From IMG/VR virus record IMGVR_UViG_3300009868_000001, positions 45,067 to 109,066 of that record: 64,000 nt of DNA. One strand, given 5' to 3'. This DNA comes from a virus (Duplodnaviria > Caudoviricetes). The notes beneath the pieces were generated by a model. It searched no databases. It was given only the letters and a program-made list of their open reading frames with translations, and had not been told where the DNA came from. Shown here piece by piece: positions 63,747 to 64,000 of the stretch; positions within the stretch are counted from its first letter, which is position 1; each line of letters starts with the position of its first letter. A program made the position numbers and the translations under genes.

Positions 63747-63784
63747 CACTTCGCGGGGAAGCACTTAGATGCACTTCGCGGGGA
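63735..63784. repeat. 25-nt perfect tandem duplication
   Basis: AGCACTTAGATGCACTTCGCGGGGA twice, spanning the tRNA 3' end and the hairpin 5' arm. Confidence 0.9.
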
Positions 63785-63895
63785 AGGCTGGATTTGAACC
63801 AACTACTATTGCGTGACAGGCAATCGTTTTAACCTATGGTTAAATGTTTCTAAGAGAAGTCACAACATCTCTAATGTTTTGTAAACTTCTTCCCC
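63779..63895 (-). tRNA. 117-nt tRNA-Asp(GUC)-like RNA with large D-loop insertion (element C)
   Basis: Acceptor GGGGAAG/CUUCCCC-G, D-stem GUUU/AAAC, loop CUGUCAC and T-arm are intact; the D-loop is about 50 nt. Confidence 0.75.
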
Positions 63896-63901
63896 TTTTA
63901 G

Positions 63902-63986
63902 TAGGAACTGGCTGAATCGAACAACCGACCTCCTCGTAGTTACTCGAGGCGCTCTAATAGCTAGCATACCACTGAGCTAAGTTCCT
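63902..63986 (-). tRNA. tRNA-like RNA (Val-like acceptor) with 8-nt anticodon loop and enlarged D-loop
   Basis: AGGAACU/AGUUCCU-A, GCUC/GAGC, CCUCG-AGUAACUA-CGAGG, canonical T-arm. Confidence 0.7.
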
Positions 63987-64000
63987 GTTAGACTTGTCCT

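Noticed and set aside
1-64000. Genome-wide TAG or TGA recoding
   Set aside because: Conserved genes are full length in the standard code and several end in TAG or TGA right before the next gene. Only one clear amber interruption was seen.

Overview
A 64-kb, AT-rich segment of a large T4-like (contractile-tailed, jumbo-type) phage genome. The host is probably Bacteroidota, judged from a gene with a T9SS type-B sorting domain and A-rich leaders lacking Shine-Dalgarno motifs. From left to right it holds: (1) a nucleotide-modification cluster led by a thymidylate-synthase-fold enzyme with the Asp signature of dCMP hydroxymethylases; (2) tail tube, major capsid and a protease-scaffold fusion; (3) an 11-gene glycan locus (NeuA, short NeuB, HAD phosphatase, GDP-mannose 3,5-epimerase, several glycosyltransferases, sulfotransferase, two Maf-like genes); (4) baseplate genes; (5) probable head-internal proteins, including a ligase/HxGH-transferase/nuclease fusion; (6) UvsY, UvsW, the C-terminal half of a split family B polymerase, and primase; (7) gp4, portal, gp25, neck, ClpC-like ATPase, DinG and an NAD salvage pair; (8) a DUF2828/TROVE-like vWA gene followed by a tRNA/ncRNA array with three homing endonucleases. 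The best candidate for an undescribed system is the vWA gene plus three RNA elements that share one helix-junction motif (CU-UAGAA / AUU-AG). One lies in the gene leader, one caps a tRNA-like module (Y-RNA-like architecture), and one is inserted, circularly permuted, in the D-loop of a tRNA-Asp. All family assignments and RNA folds were made by eye from motifs and base pairing; no searches or folding programs were run.
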